From NCBI RefSeq assembly GCF_006345805.1, contig NC_042998.1:87420001-87484000 (forward strand): a stretch of 64,000 nucleotides of DNA. The letters are read 5' to 3'. A model generated the notes under the pieces. The model saw only the letters and a program-made list of their open reading frames with translations. It did not search any database and was not told the origin of the DNA. How positions within the stretch are numbered: the first letter of the stretch is position 1; each line of letters starts with the position of its first letter. Positions 26,255 to 38,592 of the stretch are shown in pieces. Made by a program: the position numbers and the translations under genes. Source of the DNA: Octopus sinensis (Eukaryota).

Positions 26255-26870
26255 TGGGTAGTTTCTTCTACAGTTCTAGGCCAACCCATAGCACTTAGAA
26301 GAATTTGATAGATAGCAAGTGTGGAGAAGCTCCTCTCCTATACACATACTCTCTCTCTCTTCTTCACAATGTATTTGTGTTTGTCTTTCATTGCTTGACA
26401 ACCAGTATTGATTTGTTTGTAGTTTGTTCCTTCTCAAGCCATGCCTAACTCATAAGGTCCAGTTTCCCAGTTTCATTGGCATATAGGTTCCCCACCTGGG
26501 TGAGACGCCGGTCGGTTGCAGGTGAGCAGCTAGATGCAGGAGGAAAGAGTGAGAGAAAGTTGTGTTGAAAGAGTAAGCAGAAGTTTGCCATTACCTTCTG
26601 CAGAAGCCATGTGGAGCTTAGGTGTTTTGCTCATAAACACACACATCGCCCGGTCTGAGATTTGAACCCGCAATCCCTCAACCATGAGTCTGATGCTCTA
26701 ACTACTTGGGCATGTGCCTTCACATTGATTTGTTTAGGTCTCCATAACTCAGAGGCTCAACAAAAAAAATGGCCAACAGTCTTATTGGGGTTATTTCAAT
26801 GGACAACACTCTTTAAGCTGGTGCCCTATATGGCTGCAGCCCAGTGAATGAAACAAGTAAAAATATAATA
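26255..26870 (+). mobile_element. CORE-like SINE with a second tRNA-headed SINE (~26420-26720, - strand) nested in it
   Basis: Matches family seen at 62770-62915 and 35345-35768; nested copy has A/B-box-like head on the - strand. Confidence 0.6.
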
Positions 26871-27208
26871 ATTTCACCAGACCCACTAAGTCAATATCAT
26901 GAAGTGTATAATTATTGTTGGAAATTAGATTTCTATAAAAATTAAATGATTCTCTTCTGTTCTTTTCTTGTCTTGCTCTTCACTAGTGCTGGTGGCATGA
27001 AAAAAAAAGCACTTGGTACACTCTGTAAAGTGGTTGACATTATAGAGAGCATTCAGCAGTAGAAATCATGCCAAAGCTGACACTGGAGTTCAATTCATTC
27101 CTGCAGTTTGGTGGATCCTCTCAGACTGTCCAACCCATTCCAGTATGAAAAATGGACATTAAATAATAATAACAATGATGATGATGATGATGATGATGGT
27201 GGTAGTGG

Positions 27209-27241
<33 letters not shown>

Positions 27242-27479
27242 GAAGGAGGAGGAGACTGGATTCATTTTCACATTATCATCTCTCTTTTAGATCAAACTTT
27301 CCATTACTAAGCCCTTTACCCAAATAACTTGAATTTGACTTCTACTTCCATAACACTAAATGTCAAGCAGATACAAAGACACACACACATTCATACACAC
27401 GTGCGTGTGCACACACACACATACATACACATATATGCAGGATAAGCTATTGCATGCAACAAAGCAAATCTGTGGCTGG

Positions 27480-28060
27480 AGTAAAGCTTCTGCCAGATCA
27501 AGGGTGACATGGTTATAGAGCAATGAGGTTCACAGGGCCATAAAAGATACAACTTCAGAAGTATTAAGCTAAGAATAAGCCATTATACTTCACATTTGTT
27601 GACCTGAAGAAAGCCTTCAACAGAGTCTCTTGCTGTGTTATGGTGGTCTGTGAGGAAGTTAGGGATAGATGAATGGTTTCTGAAAGGGGTGTAAGCTATG
27701 TACTGGGGTGCTGTTATTAACAGGAGAGTTAGCTGTGAGTACAATGACAAATTTAGTGTGCAAATAGTCATTCACCAAGGCTTGGTTCTCAGCCCCTTCC
27801 TATTCACCATTGTCCTCCAGGTCAGTGATGCTACATGATAGAGACATGGGTCTGAATGCAGAGGACATGTGAAGAGTAAAGAGGAATGAAGCTAGTAGGC
27901 TCTGCTTGATGTGTAATGTTAGTGTGCATGTACACCAAAGTGTAACTGTATTGAGAGAAAAGTTGGGCATATCAAGAATCATGCAAGAGAGAAGACTGCA
28001 CTGGTATGGTCATGTGGTACATATAGATAAGGACAGTCAAGAAAAGAAGTGATGGTAGTT
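27480..28060 (+). mobile_element. RTE-LINE reverse transcriptase relic
   Basis: FVDLKKAFNRV, then shifted frame WWSVRKLGIDEW...VIHQGLVLSPFLFTIVLQ. Confidence 0.8.
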
Positions 28061-28602
28061 TAACCCTTTTGCATTCAGACTAGTCACTCAACTGTAATGT
28101 TTATGATTCACATTATTTTGAAGCTTCAAGCTTACAATGGTATGATTGTTTAATTTAGAATGACATTGTAGGGTAGGTGTGAGAAGCCAGATCTCTCTTA
28201 TGCTCATCTTCTTGTTCCTTGATAGTTTGCTGTAACACCCCATTACTACTTTCTTTTTATCTTGTAGCATAGACTCTCTCTATATATATGGTAAGTGGTT
28301 TGACCTTAAAAGGTCAGGAACCAAAGACATGTATTGAGGGAAAAGCAGGGTTTTTATAGAAAGTAGTAAGCTCGAAATAAGGTTTGAAAGAGGTTGTTCA
28401 CGTGATACTGTCTAAAGTCTCTGATTGGTTATCCACGGTCAGTTGGCACAACAGAGTATGAGACAAATTGCACCAATACCAACCAATCAGAGTAGTGGTC
28501 ACAATGGGATCCAAACAGCAGCCGGAGGCCAGTTGGTCCCTGCTATTCTCAAATACACGTATATATGGAGTCTATGCTACAATCTCCTTCATCCATCTAT
28601 AA

Positions 28603-28818
28603 CAGGGGTGGGCAAACTACGGCCCGCGGGCCGCATGCGGCCCGCCATAGGTTTTCATGCGGCCCGCCAAGAGCTTTTATGAATCCCAACTTCTATGCAG
28701 ATACTTCGTAACTGTACGGTAATTCACAATATTTTCACTTGATTTTTATAAATGAGGCCCGCCAAGGTTCCAAAGACGCACTGTGCGGCCCGCGATCAAA
28801 AAAGTTTGCCCACCCCTG
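28603..28818. mobile_element. 216-bp hAT (Charlie-type) MITE
   Basis: TIR CAGGGGTGGGCAAACT / AGTTTGCCCACCCCTG; perfect 8-bp TSD ATCTATAA (28595-28602, 28819-28826); internal GCGGCCCG repeats. Confidence 0.92.
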
Positions 28819-29834
28819 ATCTATAACAACCCACTTATTTCCACCTTCCTCTCCCAAATACTTCCTCTTAGTAGTGGGAGCATATTCCTCCCTTTCTTCC
28901 CCTTCTCCATTCTTTTCTGTCTCGCCAGTTACATGGCAACCTCACAAGTGCCAGAGATACAGAAAAAGCACCTAGTGCACTCTGTTTAGTGATTAGAATT
29001 AAGAAGGACATTCAGCTGTAGAAACCTTGCCAAAAATGACACTGGGGCTCAATACAGCCCTGCAGCTGACTGGTTCCCTACCAAACTGTCCTACCCATGC
29101 CAACATGGAAAGCAGATGTTAAATAATGATGGTTACATACATACATATATGCATATCATAATCATCATCATCAACATTTAACATCAATTTTCCATGCTGG
29201 CATGGATTGGATGACTTGACAGGAACTGAAAAGGCCAGAGACCACACCAGGTTCCATAGTCTGTTTTGGCCTGGTTTCTATGGCTGCATGCCCTTGCTAA
29301 TGCAAACCACTTTACAGAGTATACTGGGTGCTTTTTACATAGTACCAATACTAGTGCTTATATATATAACAGACTTCCACACAGCTTCCATGTACCAAAT
29401 TCCCTTACAAGGTATTAATTGGCCCAACTCTTTAGAAGTAGACACTTACCCAAGGTGCTGTGCAATGGTACTGAACCTGAAACCACATGGTTGCAAACCA
29501 AGCTTCTGTACCTATGTGATTATTAATAATTTCTGTTGGCTCATATGTAAAGAAAACTTTTCAGATACCCACACTGAAAAGCTAAATACCATAATGATTG
29601 AGCTAAAACCAATGATTTCCTATACATGTATTTGCAATACAAAGAATACTGATCTACCCATTTTCTAGTAAGGTTGACTGAGCAAGTTGATAAATAAGCC
29701 TTATACAGACACATTTAATTTTCAAAATTTCTGATCTAAGCATCTATATAGGTTTTCAGTGGTATAGAATTTACAATGTAATTATTCTTTTTCATTCCAG
29801 GTGTCATTATATTAAACATTTGCAAAGAGAAACC

Positions 29835-30213
29835 ATGCCATACACATAAAATTCAGCAGAACTCAGATTTTCGAAAAGGTCGTATTGTTGGGCAATCTGA
29901 GGCTGGTCTTAGCCAGTGAAAATTTGCCAAAAATCTTCAAATTCCTCTTGCTACTCTTAATAGAATTGTAGTGCAATTCAAAAGCCAAGGAAAAGAATCA
30001 ACAGATTCTTGTCCCGGCCGACTTGGGCCCTTGGAAAGAAAGCTTCATTGTTTGAAGAGAATTGTGGAAAACGAACCCCATTTGAAGGCTTCTGATATTG
30101 CAAAACAGCTAGAAGTTAGTCCAAGAATGTGTGCTACATATCTGCAAAAGCTTGGGTATTATGGACGAGAAGCCAAAAGGAAACCTCTCCTTCAACCAAT
30201 TAATATCAAATAA
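29835..30213 (+). pseudogene. Tc1-family transposase N-terminal fragment (no DDE domain)
   Basis: [35 protein letters not shown]...PGRLGP...LQKLGYYGREAKRKPLL; stops and frameshift. Confidence 0.8.
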
Positions 30214-31794
30214 AAGATTTTGAAAATTAAAGATGTCTATTTACTTCCTGCATGTCTGTGTATAATTGTTATGTGTGATAGTTTGAGCCTTCAGGTTAGC
30301 AATTTGACATTTATTGCTTTTATCATTGTAAATAAGCCAGTATATTTGACAAATTGATCAAAATCTAGGGCAAGAGATGAGCCAACTACTAGTGTTATGG
30401 TTTCAAAACTACAATTTCATTTCACTTGTTTTAATATATTCAGGAAAGGTCTTGACTTTTATATATAAAAAAATACAGTTCTGATCATGAGGAAAAAAGG
30501 CCAATACATCTATTAATGTTTATTGCCTCGTTCCAAAAAAAAGCAGCCTTGTTAAATGAATCAGTGATTAATGAATAATAGAATATGGGTTTTGTTACAA
30601 GACCCCTAAGTTGTACTGTCCACTGTGGACAGTCAGTGAGGTACACTTTTACTGTCCAAGCAGAATTTTGCTCTGATCACCAACCTGGGTTATCACAGAT
30701 CAATTGATGATAAGCATAACACAGTTCACAATTAACATACTGAGTCATTCAAGTTCAGTAATGAATGAATCAGTGATAAACAAGGATATTGCTGAGTTAC
30801 ATCAACACTTACAAAGTTCTAAATTGATAAAATAGAAAATTAAAATATGGATTCTAAAGTTTGAATTACAAGGGTGGCATTTAGAAATGAGTTCATTTCT
30901 AAACATTTCTATTTTGTTGTTTCAACAAATGCATAATATATTGAGTACGATGTATATTAAGTAATTGTCTCAATGTTTCAGAAAATATGTTAGAGGCCAG
31001 AATAACACCAAAACATTCCTGGAGTTGTCATTGTACTTGAAAGCAAAAGGAAATTGCTGTTAGTGATTATTCTCCTCTAACTGCATATTTAGTTCTAGTC
31101 AACTTCTTAATGTTTTATATATTAAATATGCAATCTCTATCTCATCTAAAGATTTTGCATATCTTGCTAAAACAATTTCTTAAATAAGAACCAAAGGAAC
31201 TTCCACATGGTTACTCAACTGGTTAGAAATAGCTGCCAATTCTCCTCAGTTTCACTCAACTATCTTATAAAAGGAAGAATAAATTAAATTATAAAAATAA
31301 ACGGATGGTCACGTTTGGAATGTCTTTGAGCATAAGTCTTCTCGACCAGTGCAGGCCTGGTGCTAAACAACATTTATAAATATATTATTTACTGGATCAA
31401 TTTTTTTCATATACTTTATCTAAAGAGTATAACTTTTGTCTTAGTTCTTAAGTAAAAAGGAAAATAACGTTTACATTCCCCGGAACTTTTTTTATAGATA
31501 ACAAAATTCCTTTAACTCCGCTTAATATGCAGTAAATAAGTATTAAAGAGTTCTACTATCTAAGATAAATTATTTCCCTTACGTACCCGGACTACGTTCT
31601 AAAAATGTATTTATCCGCATAAAAAAATAACACTAAGTATTAAGTATTATATATTTGTTGAATTTCCTATTTTACGAATATTTAATGCAGTATAAAACAT
31701 TTTATAGATTATTTATACGTTTCATTGAAAAAAATTAGGACATTCTCAAAATAATCAAAATCTTAAATTTGTCTGCTTTGTATTCATTCGCTTA

Positions 31795-31820
31795 CGTCCT
31801 TTTCACGATCCTTTTCACTT
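31795..31820 (+). promoter_or_regulatory. RPS26: TCT/5'TOP-like initiator of RPS26
   Basis: TCCTTTTC twice (31797-31804, 31809-31816) just upstream of the ATG, typical of ribosomal protein genes; TSS not directly observable. Confidence 0.6.
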
Positions 31821-31833
31821 TGGAAATATCAAG

Positions 31834-31836
31834 ATG
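31834..31836 (+). CDS. RPS26: RPS26 exon 1 (ATG only)
   Basis: caagATG|GTGAGT; splices in phase 0 to 32312. Confidence 0.88.
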
Positions 31837-32311
31837 GTGAGTGCGTTATTTTTCTGTCCTTTTATTTCATCAAATTTTGACTTAAAACATTTAATAAACT
31901 TTAACAGTTGTTCGCTATATAAGTCGTTTAACATATCTAAGATGTTTACAGATACTTTAGGATTATTTTAGAAGAACTCTTTATATATTTATATAAATTC
32001 TTTACAAAATGGCTACAGCCGACTAACTAGATAAGAACACGTGGATCAGAACTGGGATTTTTTTTACTTAAACCATTAGTTTTTAATTGTTGATATTACA
32101 GTCATTTGTATGACTTATTAATGTACTTTTGGATTAATTAAATGCTAGTTGTTTTAATTACAATTAGTTTTTAAGGCTAATTCATTCATATTAGAATTCC
32201 ATTTTGGTATATTTCATAACTATCTGTGCATTAGCGCTAATGGGTCTTCCGGGGTATAAATTTAGATTTCTAGATTTAGCTTGTTAATATAACGTGAAAT
32301 TATAATTTCAG

Positions 32312-32489
32312 ACTTCCAAAAGACGAAATAACGGACGAGGTAAGAAAGGACGTGGCCATGTGAAATACATCCGTTGCACTAATTGTGCACGATGTGTACC
32401 TAAAGATAAGGCCATCAAGAAATTTGTTATAAGAAATATTGTTGAAGCAGCTGCAGTCAGAGATATCTCAGATGCTAGTGTCTATGAAG
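32312..32489 (+). CDS. RPS26: RPS26 exon 2
   Basis: [59 protein letters not shown]; AG/GT boundaries. Confidence 0.98.
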
Positions 32490-34129
32490 GTTTGTAAATA
32501 CTTTTTCTCTTTAATTTAATATTTAATTTGTATATATGATCAAACAACCTCCTATCGTATAGATCGTTAGACTACTATAGTGTGCGTTAAATTTGTGATT
32601 GTAATGAATTTATATAAAATAATAGGTGTAGTTTTCCGATATAAATTGGTTAATAAGTTCATGACAGGTTATTTACAAACGAAAAGTTTATAATGATAAA
32701 ATATTAAGATAACTTAAAAAGACGGGGCATCAGGAAATATAAAATTTTATTTACTCCTTACATGTAGTGATCTCTATTCAAACTTGTTTTTAGAAGTTGT
32801 CGTTAATCGTTAATACTATGTATTTTACAATCTTTAACTCTTATTATCCGAATCATATTTCTTATATTGAAAATACGTATCATGCTACTTTGTTTTGTTT
32901 GTAAATGCGATACTTGTGCTACTGTAGCTTTAAAGTTATAAATGGTAGAAGTTTAGAGTAGCCGTCCCTCGAAGTTCCGTATCTCAATAGAAGCCTGTAT
33001 TTTAAACTTTTCTCTAGGTATTACATGATGGTTGTAAATAAGCATCATCGTCATACAACTGTTGTGTGACTATGAGGAAATATTACCTTGATTAGAAACA
33101 GTTGGCGATAGGGTGTCCAGTCGTAAATAATCTGCTCCACAAATTGCATGGAAAAGTGGATGCTAATGATGCTGTTATTCGCAAAACATTTTACTTTTAC
33201 AATAAAATGTTTCGACTCTGATTAAACAGTCCTATTTACAGTTAACCATTTTTCTGAATTATCTGGGATGACATTAGGAAAATCATGCCAGAACCGGCAT
33301 TACAGCTTGATGCAGTCCTTGAATTCTGTTTGAAGATGTTTTCTTTGTCTTGTTGAAAGCTTACATATAATGATTAGCATTCCTACATATTATAAAATGA
33401 ATTTACATTTATTAGGTGTGCTTGGAGCATAACTTGAGGTACTAATCCATGACTTTTATACAATGAAATGAAGTATCAATTATATTGTGTATAGTTTTTT
33501 TTTTCTTTTGAATTGGAGGGTGTTATATATCAACAATCCAATCCCTTACTCTCTCTCAACCAAGTGTAATGGACTGGTGGCTGTTTTCTTGACATTTAAT
33601 ACTGTAGAGTTATATTAATAATGTAAAATGTAATCAGAAGCTAGTAATACATCATTGAGTAGTGGTATGATCATTAATATCTATCACCTCATATACGTAT
33701 ATGCAAAAACATTAGGAAATTGCTCTTATTTTAACCCTTTAGCATTTAGATTATTCTGTCAAATGCAATGCTTGAATTAATCGTGCATTATCTTATAGCT
33801 TCAAGATTTCAATAATGATATTGTAAGTTAGGTGTGATAAACCAGATCTGGCTTGTTTGAAAATAAAACGGATAGGACATTGGGGCTGGGTACAGTGGGT
33901 TTAAATGTTAAAGGTTCTGTTAGGATATTTAAGAATGTATCATCTTGTTATTTTGACCACTTCATTTGAGTTCTTTACAAGAAGCATGGGATGTAATCGG
34001 TTTTTAAAACTACTAAAATCAGATAAGAGATTCAAATTTCTCTTCAATCAGTCTTGGATTTTTAGCTAGGGAAAGAGGACAGCAAAATATTTTTGAATGG
34101 TGAGCTTTCAATTTCTGTCTACCAAATCC

Positions 34130-35110
34130 ACTTACATCAAAAGGGCCTCTTGCTCAGAGTAAAAGCTAGACTGTGACGCGTGTGTACGAACAGCCATACA
34201 TGGCAGTGAAACATGGGCTGTAACTGCTGAGGACATGCGTGAGCTTGCAAGGAATGGAGCCAGTATACTCTGCTGGATGTGTAATGTCTGTGCATACACA
34301 ACAGTGTAAGCGCCCTGAGAGGAAAGTTGGATATAAGAAGCATCATATGTGGTGTGCAAGAGAGACGACTGTGCTAGTGTGATCATGTGTTGCAAATGAA
34401 TGAGGACAGCTGTATAAAAAAAGCGTCACACCCTAACAGTTGAGGAAACCTGGGATGAGGTGGTGAGGCACAACCATCGAACATTGGGCCTCACCAAAGC
34501 AATGACTAGTGATGGAGACCTTTCGAGATACGCTGTGCTTGAGAAGATCCGACAATCCAAATGAGACCATGGCCTATGCCAGTGGGTGTAACCAGCCCAT
34601 GTATGGATACCCCTCATTTACTGGACAATAAATTTTGCTTGTGAAGACATTGAGACAAGTGAAATCAAAATCGCTGATAAGGCCAATGACAGTTCCACCT
34701 GATTGGTACTTGTGCCAGTGGAACGTTAAAAGCACATGCGAACATGGGGTGTAACTGGCCCACTTATGAGTACACCTCATTCGTAGGACAATGTGCTTTG
34801 CTTTCAAAGACCTATTGAGGCAAGTGTAAACAAATCAAAATCGCTGATGTGGCCAATGACAGTACCACCTGATTGGCACTCATGCCAATGGAACGTTAAA
34901 AGCACATCCGAGAGTGATTTTTGGCACATGAAAAACAGCATTCGAGCGTAATTGTTGCCAGTGCCGGTGGCATGTAAAAGCACCCACTACACTCTCGGAG
35001 TGGTTGGCATTGGGGAGGGCATCCAGCTGTAGAAACTTTGCCAGATCAGATTGAGCTGGTGCAGGCTCTGGCTCACCAGTCCAGCCCATACCAGCATGAA
35101 AAACGGTAAT
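34130..35110 (+). mobile_element. RTE-LINE 3' end (ORF end plus repeat-bearing 3' UTR) in RPS26 intron 2
   Basis: Degenerate HGSETW...RKL.IR...QERRL...TWDEVV peptide, followed by the same UTR and tail family as 5123-6690. Confidence 0.75.
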
Positions 35111-35344
35111 GATGAGGGTTTGGTTATCCAGTGAATATATACAGTGACACTGCCTTGCTGTGGGACTGAACCCAAAATCATGTAACTTTTTAAGTGCTAC
35201 TCATTTTTTCTTCGCTAACAGGTGTATTTTATTTACGTGAAACTCTTCCGGTTCTTCTATTACTCTAATAGATAGCCTGTTTGCTGTAAGCCTACAAAAT
35301 TCTTACCAAGATAATGGAATATAAGGTTTTCTAAATTAGATGAT

Positions 35345-35534
35345 TCTTTAGTTGTTTCAGTCGTATGACTGCTGCCATGCTGGAGCACCACCTTTAGTTG
35401 AACAAATCGACCCCAGGATTTAGTCTTTGTAAGCCTAGTACTTATTGTATCAGTCTTTTTTGCCAAACCATTAAGTTACAGGGACATAAACATACCAACA
35501 TCGGTTGTCAAGCAATGGTGAGGGGACAAACACA

Positions 35535-35606
<72 letters not shown>

Positions 35607-35768
35607 GACAGGCTTCTTTCAGTTTCTGTCTACCAAATCCACTTACAAGATTTTGGTCGGCCCAAGGCTATAGTAGAAGACACTTGCCCAAGTTGACATA
35701 CAGTGGTACTGAACCTGGAGTCCTGTGGTTGGGAAGCAAGCTTCTAACCACACAGCTACTCCTGCACC
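35345..35768 (-). mobile_element. CORE-like tRNA-derived SINE with internal (TA)n
   Basis: Contains cttgggcaagtgtcttctactatagcc on the - strand; similar copies at ~40395-40762 (-), ~54005-54362 (-), ~62770-62915 (+). Confidence 0.8.
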
Positions 35769-35927
35769 TAAATTAGATGATGTCAACTTTTTCAAACAAA
35801 CTTAATTCCTGTATGTATTGAGTTGGCTTTTCTCGTGAGTTTTATCTGCTATGTTGTAATGCAATTGATTTTGTATGTTTACATTTCCTGATTGAATACT
35901 AACTATTATTGAACATTTCTTTTACAG

Positions 35928-36064
35928 TGTATGCTCTCCCTAAATTATATGCAAAACTGCTCTACTGTGTATCATGTGCTATCCATTCAAAGATAGTTAG
36001 AAATCGTTCTCGAGAGGCCCGCAAAGATCGTACGCCACCTATTCGGTTCAGACCTATGCGCGGT
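35928..36064 (+). CDS. RPS26: RPS26 exon 3
   Basis: (V)[45 protein letters not shown]; TTACAG / GTAAGT. Confidence 0.98.
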
Positions 36065-36514
36065 GTAAGTATTCAGTTTTTGTTGCCATGTATTGGGTAT
36101 TGTGCTGTTTGCTGCTACTTTTTATTTATGTCAAAATGATATTGCAGTATGTCATCTAAATAGGTTGTGGTGAGAATGTATGAAAGACATGTTTGTAGGA
36201 TAAGAAATTTCAGTCAATCAAAAGCAGTCAATCTTGATTATGCTGAAGTCAGGACTGCCATGTTCTCTCAATGTATTGAAGCATTCAAATCTCTCTCAAG
36301 TCATACCCTTAAATATGAGTGAGCCAACATGGGAGACCTAATGGTAGCTGTATATTATAGAAATAGCAGCCAAATTTCTTGATGATAGGTATTTTGATTT
36401 ACTAATTTCACTTGGATGAGAGCTGATCTATGATTAAACAATAATAAGGTATCTATACCTGTGTGTGTATATATATATATATATACATGCCAAAAGTTTA
36501 CTTATGTTTTGATT

Positions 36515-36722
36515 ATATGCTAAGAATTGATATCATTTCAACTATATGGGGCAGAATCTCGTCAGGGTTTTATGATCTTAGGTTAGCATATCTATTGAAA
36601 GGATACAGACGAATTCGTCTGCATCCTTTCCATAGATATGCTAACCTTTGTTCCATAAGATCATAAAACCCTGATGAGATTCTGTCCCTTATAGTTGAAA
36701 ATGATACCAATTCTTAGCATAT
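36515..36722. repeat. 208-bp loopless palindrome in RPS26 intron 3
   Basis: Arms meet at GAATTC (36611-36616); 6 substitutions, one 1-nt indel and one 9-nt bulge. Confidence 0.95.
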
Positions 36723-37839
36723 TATTTCAATCAATCAAATGCAGCATTACTATAATTCTCTACTATATGCACAAGGTCTGAAATTAGTTGGGGGTGGGTG
36801 GGGGGCAGTCAATTACATCAATTCCGAAAAGCAAAGTCAACCTTGGTGGAATTCCAAACTCAGAACATAGCAATGGGTGGAATACCACTAAGCATTTCAT
36901 CCAGTGTGCTAACAATTGTGCCAGATCCCTGCCTTGATATGTATTCCTATAATAATTGCTAACATATTACTGAGACTTTCTCTTTGTATGATGGTGATTA
37001 GATGTGGTTGTTCTGATGATGTTGCAATACTGCCACTAAACCTTCACCATAGCCTCAACATAGTTGTGTAAAATACTCCAGGTCAATCGTCATCTGGCAG
37101 TAATTTGAGAGATCTTTCTAGCAAGTTGAACACAAGATCTTACTAAGGCACATAGAAAGCTGGCTAAAGTATAGTGGCCATGCTATGATGGTTTATGATA
37201 TTCTTCAAAATTTTGGTATAAGACAAGCAATCTTGAGGTTCTTGATTATCAACCTTTGTCTCAGCAGATACTTTATCAATTCTGAGAGGTTGAAAAGCAA
37301 AGTTGACCGTGGCAGGATTTTGAATTCAGAACATAAAGAGCGGGAAGAAATGCTGCAAAGCATTTCATCTTAGGCTAACATTTCTTCCAGCTCACTACTT
37401 GTAATGGCTTATAATAATATGTTGGTGCTGATTTTCTGATGAATCACTAATTGCAAATCTACGCTAGTTAACTTGAATAAATAAAGTTTAGTTTTATTCT
37501 TGATGTCATTTGAAGATCTTTAATCTGAGGATTACTTTAAAAGTGTGAAATATAAGATTTGTTCTTAAAAATTCTTTTTCCTACAATCAGTCCTCTGTAT
37601 AACAAATGTAATATGATCATTACTCATAGTTCCCTGCTGACATGGTTATCACTCATGTTACTAATTGTAATGTATTTCTTTGCTCTTACAATTAATCTTA
37701 TTTTGTATGTTTCCTATGTGTTTGTTAATGACCATTGCTGTGCTGGTTTATAATATTCCTCAGCTTTTATTATACTTGGTTTATTTTCAATTCATACTTG
37801 TTGAGTTTAAATTAATATCTTAATTCATTTAGTTTAGAC

Positions 37840-38093
37840 CAGTTGTTGTCAACCATTTTTTTTTATCTAAGGACCCCTTTGATTACTGTTTTAATGTGGT
37901 GAACCCTCATAACCACTGTGTTTAAAAACTAGTTTTATAGTAACTTCTTTCAAAATTCCTATTCTGTTATTCACTTCTGTAGGTTGAACTTTGTAAAATG
38001 TTGAAGACACATAGCTGTTTTTCAGGGACCTTTGAAATATTGTGGATCCCCAATTTACTATTTTGTTGCGTGGACTCCAGTTGAAAACCACTG
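37840..38093. mobile_element. Old hAT-Charlie MITE
   Basis: CAGTTGTTGTCAACC / GTTGAAAACCACTG ends; flanks GTTTAGAC and ATCTAGGC (5/8). Confidence 0.55.
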
Positions 38094-38553
38094 ATCTAGG
38101 CAGTGCTGAAATGTATTTGGTAGCATTAAGACTTCCATTATTGCATGTTACCTTGTGGCAATTTCCATAATACAATCTCTTTTGAGACAAGCAAATATCT
38201 TTAAATATAGTGTGACTTCTTCAGTCACTTTTCATGTATTAAAATGTTTTATGGTCTGCAAGTGCAGGAGTGTTTTTTGTAATAAAATAAAGGATTTGAA
38301 GTTTGGTTGGAGCAATATGGTCAAAATTAAAATTTTTACTGCATTATATATTGACCCTTAAGGTTTGATTTTTCAGTTTGTTTCAGAATGGACTTTAATC
38401 TCTGATATTGCTGTGTAGGGGGGATGGGAGTTGATTAGTTAACATTTAGTAAATTGTGTGAAAAAGCTTAGCTTAATATTAAGTTGTTTTAAAGATGTTT
38501 AAAACATTGTATTTAATAGTTAATTTATAATGCTCTCTCTTTTTTCTTTACAG

Positions 38554-38592
38554 GAAGGTGGACAGAACGCCAGACCAGGACAAGCCAAATAA
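38554..38592 (+). CDS. RPS26: RPS26 terminal exon
   Basis: Long pyrimidine tract + CAG; EGGQNARPGQAK*; AATAAA at 38616-38621; total protein 118 aa. Confidence 0.85.
   Translation, partial: EGGQNARPGQAK

Noticed and set aside
33166-33221. Box C/D snoRNA candidate in RPS26 intron 2 (ATGATG...CTGA)
   Set aside because: Imperfect box C, only a 3-bp terminal stem, and no rRNA/snRNA guide complementarity that I could recognise.
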